From: Callorhinchus milii
Taxonomy: Eukaryota
Length of the DNA stretch: 64,000 bases
Direction of reading: 5' to 3'
NCBI RefSeq assembly: GCF_018977255.1
Contig: NW_024704742.1
Location: 131,504,001-131,568,000 of the forward strand
Under the pieces are notes generated by a model. That model saw only the letters and a list, made by a program, of their open reading frames with translations, was not told the origin of the DNA and searched no databases. The position numbers were made by a program, and so were the translations under genes. Shown in pieces: positions 1-12,791 of the stretch (positions within the stretch are counted from its first letter, which is position 1; each line of letters starts with the position of its first letter).

Positions 1-152
1 CACAAACATGGCTGTCTGCAAGACATTGCTGTGCACAAATCGTCTGCCACATTTGCCTGCAAGATACACGGTCACTACACTTTACAGTAAATCATGCAAT
101 GCTCTTTGAGACGTCCTCCCGGTGCAAAGTAGTAAATACAAGGATTGTTATC
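1..152 (+). mobile_element. DeuSINE-type SINE, 3' fragment
   Basis: acattgctgtgcacaaat...cactttacagtaaatc...aaatacaaggattgtt matches the 3' half of the full copy at 47578-47990. Confidence 0.75.
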
Positions 153-434
153 ATTTATGAAATGAAGAAACGTTACTATTCTTTTTAGATCAAAAAAAAT
201 CCATACTGATGACAGATTTACTTTATTTGTTTGAAATGACAGTCGGAAAAGAAAATCTTCATTTAAGTGACATAAATTTGTAGGAAGGATAATCTATACC
301 GAAACGGAGATTGTAAAACGCTAACTAGGTGAAATCATTGCTTATCATGGGTTCTAAGTATCTTGTATCTTGTGGCATTTTCCTTTCAACTACAAAGTCC
401 GACACAGTAAATACTGTATTATTTACGAAACTGC

Positions 435-825
435 TGAACTCTGTACCCCCATCGCACCAGTTCTAGTTCGGCTCAACTGGCTCCCTATCGCTGAATGGAT
501 TGATTTCTAGATCCTCACACTTGTTTTCAAATCCCTTCATGTCCTGGTGCCTCCATACCTCTCCAACATGCTTACCCCCCCAACCCACAACCCGCTGCCC
601 CCGCTTGACTGGCTACGACTTTCTGCATGTCCCTCATGCCCTCCGCCCTGAAACTCTGGAAAACTCTTCCTCTATCCCTCTGCTTTGTCCCTTCCTTCCC
701 CATCTTTAGGTCGCGCCTGAAAACTTTCCTATTCGGCTGTGCCTACGGTCACCTCCCCTCCCCCTGGCTCGGTGTTGTGCTCTACCCTGCATGAGGGGCG
801 CTATATAAATGCAAGTTGTTGTTGT
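435..825 (+). mobile_element. L2 LINE 3' fragment (tail type 2)
   Basis: Degraded ORF2 C-terminus (L.WLP...I.F.IL), ending gaggggcgctatataaatgcaagttgttgttg. Confidence 0.8.
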
Positions 826-1184
826 AAATCCTTTGAAACACTTTGAGACATTTCGACAACACGATAAAATGCTATATTAAATATAAGGATTCTAACTTTA
901 TGGTTGTTTGAAACTATTTGGCAAAAGTTACTGATATTAAATCTCGAGTAAATTTAGACCCAAGAGGGCTTTCTCGAGCGTGGTTGTTATTTAATTATAA
1001 AAGTGAAATAGAATTTTGAAGCTACAATTTTTGAACGTGTAAAGAAAAATTTGGAAACATTGAGGTGAAAATACAATGTTGAATGTGATAATTATCATTC
1101 ACAATATGATCGCATGGTCAGAAATTCTATGAAGTCTCAGTCAATATCTGGTGGATAGACCCAGATTTCGTCAAAAAACTTAAA

Positions 1185-1536
1185 TCGCATAATCCAGGCC
1201 AGCACTCCAATGCAGTGCTGGTGGGAGTGAGGGATTGTCAGAGGTCGACCTTCATATGAAACATTAAACCCAGGCTCCGGTCTGCCTTCTCAAATGCACG
1301 TTAAAGATCCCATGGCATTTTTCGAAAAGAGAAGGGAGTTTCTCCCTGTATCCTGGCCAACATTCCCTGCAAAAATAAAATAAAATCTGCAAAAATATAT
1401 TTTTCTGTGTGCAAACTGGCTTCTGTGTTTGTCTACAAAATACATAGTCACTACACTTTAAAGAAACTTTGTGAAGCACTTTGATACTACATTCTTGATG
1501 GTCTAGGTGCTACATCAAATGTAAGGATTATTATTA
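1185..1536 (+). mobile_element. DeuSINE-type SINE (5'-truncated)
   Basis: Deu-like core: tgaaacattaaacccagg...gttaaagatcccatggca...gggagtttctccctgtatcctggccaac, plus (ATT)n tail. Confidence 0.8.
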
Positions 1537-2119
1537 ATCAGAAAAGACTCTCCATTGAAACCATGTGCCTGATTCTATTGCTCTAATCTCTGCTCTTAAA
1601 ATCATTGCTTTACCTTTCAGTCGCTGACCTAGAATATCCAACTCCAAATAATTTGTAAATCTAAATTGCAGATGTAGTTTATCAGAAATATTTTTGGCCG
1701 AGAAATCTTCAGCTCACGTATCTTGCTTTTTTTCCACGGGACTCATCTGCAGGAATATATTAGTCACGGGGTTGAGCAATTTTGATTAAAAAGTTTGCAT
1801 CAAGGCTTGGCGCGTAGGAAAGTTTCCTCATATGCACTTTATTCTGGTTAATTTCCTAAAATGTTATGTAAAAGTTCTAGGACTCATGGAGTATATAGAT
1901 CTGGAGAAATTACAGTGTAGGAGGAGGCCATTCAATGCATTGAGCCGTGAAGTGATCCTAGCTCATCCACTGGAGCTAACTATTCTAATCCTAATTCCTT
2001 GTACCTTCCTTGTGTCCTTTTTGTATCCTTCCTCTTCAAATTTGTATCCAATTCCTTTTTAGCAGTGGTCATTCTCTCAACTTGAATAGTCGCTTGAAGC
2101 AAAGCATTCAATATTCTGA

Positions 2120-2410
2120 TGACCCCCTTCCCACTCCACTACCCGCTGCCTCTGCTCGTCTGGCTTTGGCCTCCAGCTTATCCCTCGTCCCCTCCGCTCC
2201 ACTATCGATGACTGCTTTCAGCCACCACAACCTGATGCTTTGGAATTCTCTCCCTCAATCCCTCCGCCTTCTCCCCTCCTTTCCCTCTTTTAAGTCACGA
2301 CCTTCCTTTTTGACTGTACTTATGGTCACCTCCTCTGTCTCCCCAGCTCGGCGTCAAGCTCTCCCACTGTTAAGAGTTCCGCGACCCTTAATGATGTAAG
2401 GGATATTTTA
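2120..2410 (+). mobile_element. L2 LINE 3' fragment
   Basis: Translation AFSHHNLMLWNSLPQSLRLLPSFPSFKS matches the L2 ORF2 C-terminus of other copies. Confidence 0.75.
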
Positions 2411-4349
2411 ATATGATAAACACTCCACGATTCTGTGAGTCAATGATCACTTAGCAGAATGCTCTGTGTTTTTCTTATGTGTGGTCTCTCCAGTGTAAGA
2501 AAGAAAAGTTACACCCGGTTGTCATAGTCCGTATCAGTTGATGATTCAGCAGGCGTCTTTCTTTCTGGTATTGTGTCAGTTGTTCATTAGCTTTTATAAA
2601 TGATGATTATGTTAGCAGATGTGTTGAACAGTGGTAATGATGTTAGAGACTGTTCTGTAGCTCTCCAGGGTATTACACACCAACAGATTTAACATGTGGG
2701 CAAACAAATGCATGTAGTCCTAACCTCTTCCCTGTACCTACACATTGACCTTAAGTAAAGCTTAAAGCTATCATTGTTCCTTGTATCACGTTCCTCGCGT
2801 CTCTATCATTTGGTTGTTTGTCTACAAAACACACAATCACTACACTTCACAGGAAATCCTGCGAAATGCTAAATAAGATGTTCAAAGCCATTATATCAAC
2901 ATTGGGGGTGCGGTGCATTGTCAGAGATGCCGAACACCAAATGAGACATTAAACTGAAGTTTCATCTGCCTGTTAAGATGGACGTTAAAGATCCTGTGGT
3001 GATATCCTGCAAGGGAGTTTCCCTCAGTGTCCTGGCCACAATCCCCCAATTAAAATTTGTCATTCAATTCATGGCTGTCGCATGTTCCTACAAAATTCAC
3101 TACACTTTACAGCAACATTTTGAGACACAGTCATCACGTCATGAAGCCCCGTATCAAGTGTAAAGTATTAATGATGATTCTAGGCTTTGATTGCATAGAA
3201 GGGAATTGCACAGTTCAAGCTAAATGTTAATAAGAATGTTTCAGAAATAAAATGTTGTGAAGGTAACTGGATGGAACCTCTAATCCTACTTGAGAAGGCA
3301 ACCCTTCTCTCCTCACACTTCCTTATCGGGGCATTGGGTCTGTCGCCTACATCAACCGATCCATCAACAATGGCACACAACACACTGTGGTCACAAGACA
3401 CAAGCGCTTCCCCGGGTGAAGGGCCCTATATAAATGCAAGTTGTTGTTGTTGTTGTTGATGATGTCTCTGCTACCTAAGGTCAGATCTTCCATGAGGCCC
3501 TTCTTGAGATGGTTCATTGAAATGACAACAACAATTTCCATTTTTATAGCACCCCTCATGCAAGGTATTGTCCCAGATCTTCTCGGAGAGTCTGTTTCTT
3601 TCACCCTGTTTTCCAGCCTTCCTATATACATTCTTGAGTTTAGTTTCTCCTGATGAATTGTACCATGCTGTTAGGTACTGGCATTAATGTGCTTGGTTTA
3701 TGCTCTTGCGTTGTTTTTTCCTCAGTGGGATCAGGGAGAGGAGAGCATGTTTTTGTAACAACTGCAGTCTGATGCTGGAAGGGGTGGAAGCTGAATTGGC
3801 TTCTTCAGTGTTTATGTCAGAAGTGGTGGATGAATTACTTCATCTCTTTCAGTTCTTTCTTTCTGCCAGTTGGTGGTGCAAAGCCTGTATCAAATTTATT
3901 AGCATTAGGCAACGTACCATATTCAGATTAAGATAGTGGCGATAAACCACAGTGGGACACAGGAAAACGGCAGGATGTATCCCGATATATACTTATATTA
4001 TAGAAGAGCTGAGGGAAAAGAATGTACTCCCACTCTCCAAGACAGCAGCAAAAGACGTACAACTAGAATACTGAGCGGGCAGATACACTGACCTTTCACA
4101 TCATTCATCGCAAGAATAATAGTTTGGGATTCTGGCATTAGAATTCAGACTCAGAATCTAGAAATCTGAAGTTAGGCTGTTTCTGAAGTCTACTGGAATC
4201 CTCCTAGAATTGACTTTATTTTAGTTGTTATCCTGCCAAGACTAATATAAAATATTTCAAGGAGTCAATTTTGCAGTATTTCTTAATGGATTGCTTAATT
4301 TCGAAAGTCTGGAAATAGATTGAGCCATATTGGTTTTACCACAGATCCT

Positions 4350-4620
4350 TTGGATGAGATGTTAAACCAAGGTCCTGTGCAGGTGGATGTTAAAGATTGC
4401 ATGGCATTCTTTGAAAACAGAAGGGAGTTTCTCCTGGTGTCCCGGACACCAACCCCCAGATAATATTAACCATTTACTTCGTGGCTGTTTTGGGATATTG
4501 CTGTATGCAAATTGGCTGCTGTGTTTGCCTAAAAAATACACTGTCACGGCACATTATAGTAAATCCTTTCAAATGTTTTAGATGTTCTCCCAGTGTGAAA
4601 GGAGTTATTTGAAATGCTAT
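4350..4620 (+). mobile_element. DeuSINE-type SINE fragment, followed by a CR1 3' end (4625-4745)
   Basis: ggatgagatgttaaaccaagg...aggtggatgttaaagat core; then gggccaaatatcctgtttctgtgctgcatattctatg, a CR1-like tail. Confidence 0.75.
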
Positions 4621-5867
4621 TAGGCTTAGTTGTGGAAGGGCAGGAGGAGGCTCATTGGAGCATAAACGGCGGAATAGACCAGTTGGGCCAAATATCCTGT
4701 TTCTGTGCTGCATATTCTATGTAATTCTACATAATTCTATGTGATCAGCTCAAATACAAATCTAGTTTAATGGCATTATTACTTCTGTTACCCTGCCAAG
4801 AAAATATTTTATTAGAAGTTCCATTTACGCCTTTCATTGAACTCCAAGTTGGTATGTAGTTTTTGTTTTGAAGGAAAAATCTTCTGTGTGCTTTTCCTTT
4901 TTGTTTCCAGTGAAAAGAAAAATCATTAAAAGGAAAACAATGTATTTTGCCGAAGTAAAAGGACTCATGGCTTTGTTCGAACATTTCAAGGTGACCTTTT
5001 GCAAATCTATAACAGTACTTCATGTTTATATTGTTATTGCTTTCTTGGCTAGGTTGCTTAGAAACTTTTTTTTTCACGAGGAATAGGAGTAGACTGAAAT
5101 GTGTCAGCCTGACTCAAGAGATAGGACTGGGGACTCTGAGTCAGAAGGTTGGGGTTTCAAGATCCTTGTCAGAACCTTGAGTTCACGTCTTGGCTGACTT
5201 GCCCTCCTCACTCGCACTGAACTCCGCACTCCCAACACACTGAGAGATTGAACTGAGATCCCGTCTGCCTGTTGAGGTGGAAATTAAAGATTTTGTGGTC
5301 TTATTGGAGAAGAATATGGGAGTTTCTCCTGATGTTCTGATGATGGCCAACAATCCCATCCACATAAAATTGGTCATTCACTTTATGGCTGTTTGCAGGG
5401 CATTATCGTGTGCAAATTGAGTCTGTGTTGATGCTTTTCTTCATATGAGCCAATCTAATCCTACTCTCTCACTCACTCCCCATATCCTTTGACCACCCCC
5501 TTCAATTTTTTTTGTGGATATCATAAACTTATGCCCTGTCTTAACTAACTCTCCAGCCAGAGGAGGTAATCCAGTATTATTTACAATACAATACAAAATT
5601 ACATTTGTATAGCGCCTTTCGCATCAGGAGTGTGTCACAAGGCGCTATACATTTTCATTCACCTTTACTGAAAGGTGTTGAACATTTTCAGCTATAAAAG
5701 TGTTGCCAGTCTTGAATGATCAGCTTTGCACAAGAAGAATATTTCGCCCACAAAATATACGATCAATTCACTTTATAGTATATTCTGTGAAGTGCTTTGA
5801 GACATCTTGAAGATGTGATAAGGTTCTATATCAAGTGCAAGGATTATTATTATGAGTGTCCAAAATA

Positions 5868-6230
5868 GTAATAATAATAATGATAATAATCATCCTTACA
5901 TTTGATATAGTGCCTTATCACTTCGAGACTTCTCAAAACGCTTCACAGAATTTACTGTAAAGTTAATTGACTGTATATTTTGTGGGCGAAATATGGCAGT
6001 CAATTGCACACAGCAATGATCCATAACAGTCGTGGATTGAGTGGGGATGGGGAGGGATTATTACCCTCTGGAAAGTGATCTGCCAATCGACTAACAACCA
6101 GGTTCCTAAGTAAACAGAGACGTGTGGAGTAAGGAAATTTGCCTAAGGTTTCTCTCTGCCCAGGAATCGAACTTGGGTCCTCTTGCTTGTGAGGCCAGCA
6201 CGCTAACCAGTGAACGAACCATGGGACTCC
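5868..6230 (-). mobile_element. tRNA-Ala SINE, long/older subfamily (B)
   Basis: Minus strand begins ggagtcc..., carries the internal tgtttac.tag.aggaacc segment and ends in (ATT)n. Confidence 0.85.
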
Positions 6231-7544
6231 AAAAAACATAAAGGTTCAACTGAATAACCTGTATGAAAGTGTAATTCAGATCCAACCTTCACTAGATTGG
6301 GAACTTGTCACAGTTAACATGTGATTTGAGGCTACATTACCTTGCTGCTGAGTCATGTTGCATAGCGATTTTTAAAAGTTAATTAAAATTTAATAAGGCT
6401 ATCCCACTGAAACCATCATGACAGGAGTTAAACTTCATAAATATGCAGTACAAAATATCATTCCTTTGATATATGATCTAAGAGCCTTTTCCTTTCAATT
6501 ATTTATAGATAGGTGGGACTTGTGATAACTACAGCTTCAAATTATAAATATACTTCTTGATATGTCAGTTCCATATATTCTGACTGAAAAATTAATTTTC
6601 ACAAACTGTATCTACTTTTTAAATGTACTTTTCAATTATTCATTTACAAGAATGAGAAAAAAAAAGTTGAATAGGTACTAAAGTTATAAATGTGCATTAG
6701 GAATCTCAAATGCTCTTAAATATTCGTACCTGTGGCCCAAATTGGCAATGCTGCATTTACAAAGAGATACTCCAACTTGATTCAAGATACAAATGTGCTT
6801 TTATGTGTTTCAGTCAGAAACCACAGGACATGTTGACTAAGAATTTTCAATGGCCTTCCCATTTATTTTAAGTCATTAATATTGTCAAAACATTAAGAAA
6901 GGTATTAGATCACGACTGGCAAGCTGTTTCAATGCGTTAGTCCTTATCAGTAAGAACAAAGGAGCTTGGGCATCACATCTTACATGTGCTGCTGTGCAAA
7001 ACTAGTGTTATACATTACTGATCTCAAGTACTGCAACAATAACTTGCATTCATATAGCGCCAATCACCTGGGACAGCGTCTCGGAGCACTTAACAGTGGA
7101 AGGAGGAGTGACTGTATGCACTGTTGAAGAAAAAGGTCTCTTGAAATCCTTAACAGTGACGGAACTGAACACCGTGGCACACGTTGATGAGAACCAAGGC
7201 TTGAGGACTCTAAAGTGTGTGTTGCGTTTACTCCTGGAGTTTAACCAGCTAAAATCCCATTACAAGCCATTGAGAGCACTGTTTCGCAAGCTTCCAGCTG
7301 CTTGTTCAGTATAGGAACACCCCTCCCCGAGGAGTTCACACCGGAAACCAATCAATAATTATCACATTGCTGATAATCACCAACTGGACGGACTGCAATT
7401 ATCAACAACGTGATAATTTTCACATTACATATTGCATTTTTTCCTGCATTGATACCTCACAAAAGCAATGAGATGGGACTTAAATTCCAGATTTAAACAA
7501 CAACGACAAGTATATAAGATGGTGTGCATCATCCAGTCCTTGCA

Positions 7545-8440
7545 GCAACAACAACAATAAATTACATTTGTATAGCGCCTTTCATGTTGAGAAGACATCC
7601 CGGTGTTGGACTTAGGGATTTGGACCCACAACAACAGCAACTTGCACTTATATAGCACCTTCCATACAGGTCTCAGAGCGCTTAACAGTGATGGAGCCTG
7701 ACTCTGAGCCGAGAGGGGGAGTGGGGGGAGGTGTCTGTAAGCACAGTCGAAGAGGAAGGTTTTCAGGTGGGACTTAAAAAAGGGTAGAGAGGGGTCACGG
7801 TGGAGGGTGTGAGGGTCGAGCCGGAGACTGGTGCAGGTTGAGAGGAGGCGCCGGGTGGTGGAGTGGGGAGTGAGGAGGTGGGAGAGATAGGGAGGTGTCA
7901 GGGAGTGTGTGGATTTGAACATGAGCGTGAGGATCTTGTTGAAGTCGATCCGTTGTTGATGGAGAGCCAGTGAAGCCTGACCAGATGATGAGATGTGGGT
8001 AGGGAGTTTGGTCCAGTGGCAGTATTCAGGTGGCAGACTTCTGAATGAGCTGGATCTTTTGCGTTTGATTAATCAAAAGCGGGAGGTGACAAATGCATGC
8101 ATGAGCGTTTTGGCTGCATTTGGGATAAAATACAGTCGGAGGTGGGCAATATGGTAGAGATGGAAGAAGGTGGTCCTGGTCAGGGACCAAATGTGGGGGA
8201 GAAAGGACAGCTGGGGTTGAACCGGACGCCTAGATTGCACACTGGTTCGGTGAGTCTGAGGGAGAGCCCAGGGAGGTTGAGAAGTTTAGATTGGCAGGAG
8301 CGAATACGTTGATGGGAGCCAAAGAGTATGGCTTCTGTCTTGTCCGTATTCAGCTGCAGGAAGTTTACACTTATCAAGGACCTGGTGTCTGCCAGACAAG
8401 CTGATAGAACATCGATGGACCTTTAGTTGGTGCTGGTGCA
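7545..8440 (-). mobile_element. L2 LINE fragment (type 2 tail) with an adjacent type 1 L2 tail
   Basis: ORF 8180-8377 NFLQLNTDKTEAILFGS...VCNLGVRF; (CAA)n tails at 7545 and 7629. Confidence 0.9.
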
Positions 8441-8459
8441 GATTTGAGTGTCAACCGAC

Positions 8460-9112
8460 CTGAGCAAGGGGTTGGGATCAGGAGAGAGTAGGGAGGGTAG
8501 GGGTAGGAGGGTGACTGAAGGTGCGGTCAAAGAGGAGGGTCTTGAGACGTACCTTGAAGGAGGCATTAGAGGGAGCAAGGTGAAGGGGCTGTTTGATGGA
8601 GTTCAAAGGGTGGGAACAGAGAGGCTGAAGGCCTGACCGCCGAGTGGGTGGGGGATGTGGAGCAGGAAGAAGCGGACAGGTCAATATTTGGACCTTCCAA
8701 TTAATGTTTACAATTAACTTTTGAAATGGCAAAAGTAATGGAGGAGCATCCAATTTCCCTGAACTCTTAATTTGCAAGGTGTCTGGTTACTCCCATGGTG
8801 ATAAATGAAGAGACTGTCCCAGTCGAGGGCTACATCAATATGTTGAAGAAGCAGATTAAAATTAAGATTAATTTGACTAAATGTGGTCACTATTCAATCC
8901 CTAGATACTTTGTCTCGATCCGTGTACAAAGACAACAACAACTTGCATTTATATGGCACCCTCTCGCAGTATAGCGTCCCAGAGCGCTTGACAGTGGCGG
9001 AGCATGAATCCGAGCCAGGGAGAGGGGGTAGGTGTCTGTAGGCACGGTCGAAGAGGAAAGTCTTCAAGTGATCTGAAGATGGGGAAGGAGGGGACAAGTC
9101 GGAAGGATAGAG
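8460..9112 (-). mobile_element. Two short L2 3' fragments (8460-8680, 8933-9112)
   Basis: SFKVRLKTLLFDRTF and [10 protein letters not shown] motifs; L2 tail at 8933. Confidence 0.8.
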
Positions 9113-9164
9113 GCAGCAATCTCATCTTTAAATCAGATGATTTTAATAATAATAATAAAAAATA

Positions 9165-9512
9165 TTATTATAATGTAAGAAATAAGGAACTAGAGAAGAT
9201 CAAGAAATATATTGATCTACAAATTGAATGCAAATGTATCTGGTAGTATAAAATAAAATAAAATAAAATAAAATAGTTCCTGTAATCATTGGTGCAACTG
9301 CGCCTGTTAATAAGACTATTCAGAAATGGCTTGACAAATTGGTGAACAAAATAATAACCTCCTGCAAAAAGTAACTACTTTAGGAAGCTGAAACGTACTC
9401 AGAAAAGTAACATCCAATCATATATAACGTGGCAGTATTATTGATTTGGCTGACCTATTACTGAAAATCACTTAGAAATTACTTCTACAGAATGACTTAA
9501 ACTGTAATAACT
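9165..9512 (+). mobile_element. R4/Dong-clade non-LTR retrotransposon 3' end (restriction-like endonuclease relic)
   Basis: Translates NVRNKELEKIKKYIDLQIECKCIW*, then IVPVIIGAT..V.K.IQKWLDKL and LQKVTTLGS*NVLRKV. This fits the R4-clade RLE C-terminus (EK.KY.DL..E...W, VPV.IGA.G, LQK...LG...LRKV). An (AAAAT)n expansion interrupts it. Confidence 0.8.
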
Positions 9513-10192
9513 TAATAATAGTAATAATAATACTCGTACTTGATATAGCATCTTATAATGTCGCTGAGACGACACAAAGTGCTTCAAGGAAATACGGTAA
9601 AGTGGATTGATTGTGGATTTTGTGGATGAAACTTTTGAACTCCACAGTCTAGGCAGTTGCCCCAATACAATGCTGTGGGAGTATTACATCATTCATTGGT
9701 GGTACCATCCTTCAGATGAGATGTTAAACTGAGGTCCTGCCTACCTACTCAGGTGGATGTTAAAGATGCCATGGAACTATTCGAAAAGTGAAGGGAGTTT
9801 CTCCCAGTGTCCTGGCCAACAATTCCCCAGATAAAAAATGTCATTTGCTTCATTGCTGCTTTTTTTGTTGCTTGGTCAGTGGATGTCTGACACATGCAGA
9901 TTCATAAGAATATATACCTGTTCTTCAGATGGGTTTTCGAGGTTCCATGACACTATTTGAAAAGAGAAGGTAGTAACTCCTCATGTTCTTGACAACGATT
10001 CTCCAGATAAATTGTTCATTCACCTCATGTCGTCTCGTGGGATCTAACTTACAAAAACGCTAGTTTGCCTTCAAAAACCCACTGTCGCTACCACTTGACA
10101 GTAATTGCTGTAAAAAGCTTTGCGACCTATAAAAATGCATGGCCTTTCTTTTTTGTGGTATTGATTGCAGCTATGACACTGGACCATGACAC

Positions 10193-10836
10193 TTTTCTTT
10201 TGGTCAGCCTGACAAATACTCTCACCGTGCTTAAGAGACATCAAACCAGAGAAACCTTCTACCCATGGAAATTATCCTTATGTTTGTATGAAACGCGCAT
10301 TCTCCCCCTGGAGGGATGCTTCCCTAATTCTGAACAGTATTAGGCACAGGCTGGCAAGAGCCAAGGTTTGGGGACCCCCAGAATGTACTTTTGAGTACTG
10401 CTGGAGCTTAAAAAGCTAAATCCGCATAGATTGCCATTGAAAGTGCTGTCTGGTAAACTTCCCTCTGCTTTTCTAGCTAGGATAATCCAACCGATGAGAG
10501 GTTTGACTTTCACGATTAACGGAAGCTGAGTAGGAAGAATCCCTGCCCCCAAATACCAGTCTGCCCCTTCAAGTCCTGCCAATGAGTCAGGATAGCTGGT
10601 CTATCATGAGCAGGGCCCTGGAATACTGTGGACCCGCCTGGCTCAGGAACCGGACTACCGAGACCGCCACAAAGGATCAACTCAATTCTGACATTCCATA
10701 GCTAAGAATGTCACCTTAGAGCCAGTTCAGCTCCAAGAAGTCCCTGCTTACCTTCCCCCCAACGGAGAAAAGTCGCAAGCTGGTCATTTGATATGGTAAC
10801 AAGTGAATGTGTGAACCCTCACTAGGTGAATGGCGG
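10193..10836 (-). mobile_element. Unclassified long SINE-like retroposon (family X), longest copy
   Basis: Colinear with 34647-34920 (5' part) and with 24440-24790, 28888-29280, 55300-55572 and 62012-62193 (3' part); A-rich tail on the minus strand. Confidence 0.8.
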
Positions 10837-10859
10837 ATCGTAATGTGTTGGTTAGACCA

Positions 10860-10978
10860 TGAAAAACAAACTTACCTTTCTCCTCGGATGCTGATTATGC
10901 ATCTGTAAATTTGCAGCATGTTCTGTTGCACTGCGGCTTTCTAGCATTCTCTGGTTTTATTTCAGAATTCCAGCCGTT
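10860..10978 (+). mobile_element. Penelope-like terminal repeat fragment, degraded
   Basis: ggatgctg...tttctagcattctctggttttatttcagaattccagc resembles the reverse complement of 54323-54385 next to the GIY-YIG ORF. Confidence 0.45.
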
Positions 10979-12004
10979 ATTTTTACTAAATCTGCTTTTA
11001 CCCATTTTGTTTGCCACTGGATGGTCTGTAACTCAATATGCACACCTGCATTACTGACTCTGGACATTTTTATTCACCTTGTTCATTGGATATATAAAAG
11101 AACATTTATTTCCTTTGTGGGCTCCCTGCCTGAAATCCATATACTGTAATTCACACTCCGCCATCCATCATCTCTTGGGTTTATTGGCATTCAGCGCTTT
11201 GAGACGCTACTCCGCATGCACAACCATTAAAATTGGTCATTCACTTCACGGCTGTTTGTAGGACATTGCTGTGCGCAAATTGGCTGCCGCATTTGCTTAC
11301 AACCAACACAGTCACTACACTTTATAACATATCCTGTGAAGCACTTTTGAGAGGCCCTCCAAATGTTAAAGGAGCCTTACACGTTGGGAGGACACCTCAA
11401 AACAAATGTAAAGATTATTATTGTGACTCTATTCGAAAAGAGAGGGAGTTTCTATCAATGTCCTGGCCAACAGGTTTGCCTACCAAAAATAATGAGACAC
11501 GACACTTAGTAACAATTACCTGATAACACAGCTGAAGCGTTTCGATATTATAGGAACAGCGAAAAATACAGGGATTATTATTATGTGCTTAACCTCAGGA
11601 TGTGATCCAGTAGTGGTATTCATATTTGCTATCCTTGCATTCTAGCCTGGGATGCACAGGGAATAAAGCGGTCTTTTTGGAATGATTATACATTTCAGGT
11701 AAATCAGGTTATTTTGTCCTAAACACTGCATTTACAATTCTCCGCTGGGCTGAACAACAAGAACAACAAATTGCATTTATATTGTGCTTTTCACTTCGGG
11801 AGGACGTCCCATGACGCTGGCACCACCGGGGAGAGGTTAACTGGCTGATATGTTTATTCAGTTCAAAAAAGTAGTATAAAAACAAGGAGGCAGAATGAAC
11901 CAAACATGTATTGTCAGCCTGGCTCAGTTGTGAGCACTCTTGACTCTGAGTCAGAAGGTTGTGACTTCTAAGCCCACATTGGGACTTGGAATTCGTATCG
12001 TTTA

Positions 12005-12380
12005 GGTTTCAAGATCCTCCCACTCATTTTCAAATACTTTTATGCCCTTGCACCTCCCTACCTATCTGAACTGCTTCCCCCCCCATTCCACCACTCGCTG
12101 GCTGTGGCCTCCTGTTTGTCCCTCGTGCCACCAGTTCTACCATCGGTGGCCTTGCCTTCAGCTACCTCGACCTGAAAATTTGGAACTCTCTCCATGAATC
12201 CCTCTGCCTTGCCCCCCTCCCTCCCCACCTTCAAATCCTGTCTAAATACTGTCCTTTTTGATTGTGGTTATGGCCACCTCCCATCCCATCTCCCCCTGGC
12301 TCGGGGGCAGACTCAGCCACTGTCAAGTGCTCCGGGACCCTATCCCGCGTGAAGGGCGCCATATAAATGTAAGTTGTTGC
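12005..12380 (+). mobile_element. L2 LINE 3' fragment (type 2 tail), preceded by a DeuSINE head at 11911-12000
   Basis: ttcaagatcctc...tggaactctctcc...gtgaagggcgccatataaatgtaagttgttg. Confidence 0.85.
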
Positions 12381-12382
12381 TT

Positions 12383-12500
12383 TTGTAGTTTCTAAGAGTT
12401 TTTCAGTAATGGGTCAACCAGACCAATAACACTGCCATGTTACATTTGAATGGATTTACTTTCTTAATATATTTTGAACTTCCCTAAACAATTACTTGAT
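12383..12500 (-). mobile_element. R4/Dong-like 3' end, second copy
   Basis: tttctaagagtttttcagtaatgggtcaaccagaccaataacactgccatgttac aligns to the reverse complement of 9385-9480. Confidence 0.65.
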
Positions 12501-12791
12501 TATCATTGTATATTTATGTTTTATTATTATTTGTGTGTTTTCTAAAGATAATGGGGTATTAATAGCTACCTGAAGCCTGAAATGCCATGTAATCATGTGC
12601 AGCTTCAGGCATAACTGTTTCAGAGTTTGGGTGGGGGGGTGGGTGGGGGGAAGAGAGCAGAGGAGGGGAATGGTTTGGAATTTTCAACAATGTGTTAGTC
12701 CGCATTTCAGTTTGCAATTTCTAGCCATTTGTCTCATATGAGGGGTTTTCCATTACGGAGGTAGCGGCTTTACAGCAGCAGGAGGGAGAGG

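Noticed and set aside
206..245. ctgatga...gaaa hammerhead-like words
   Set aside because: Stem II does not abut GAAA and no stem I or III can form
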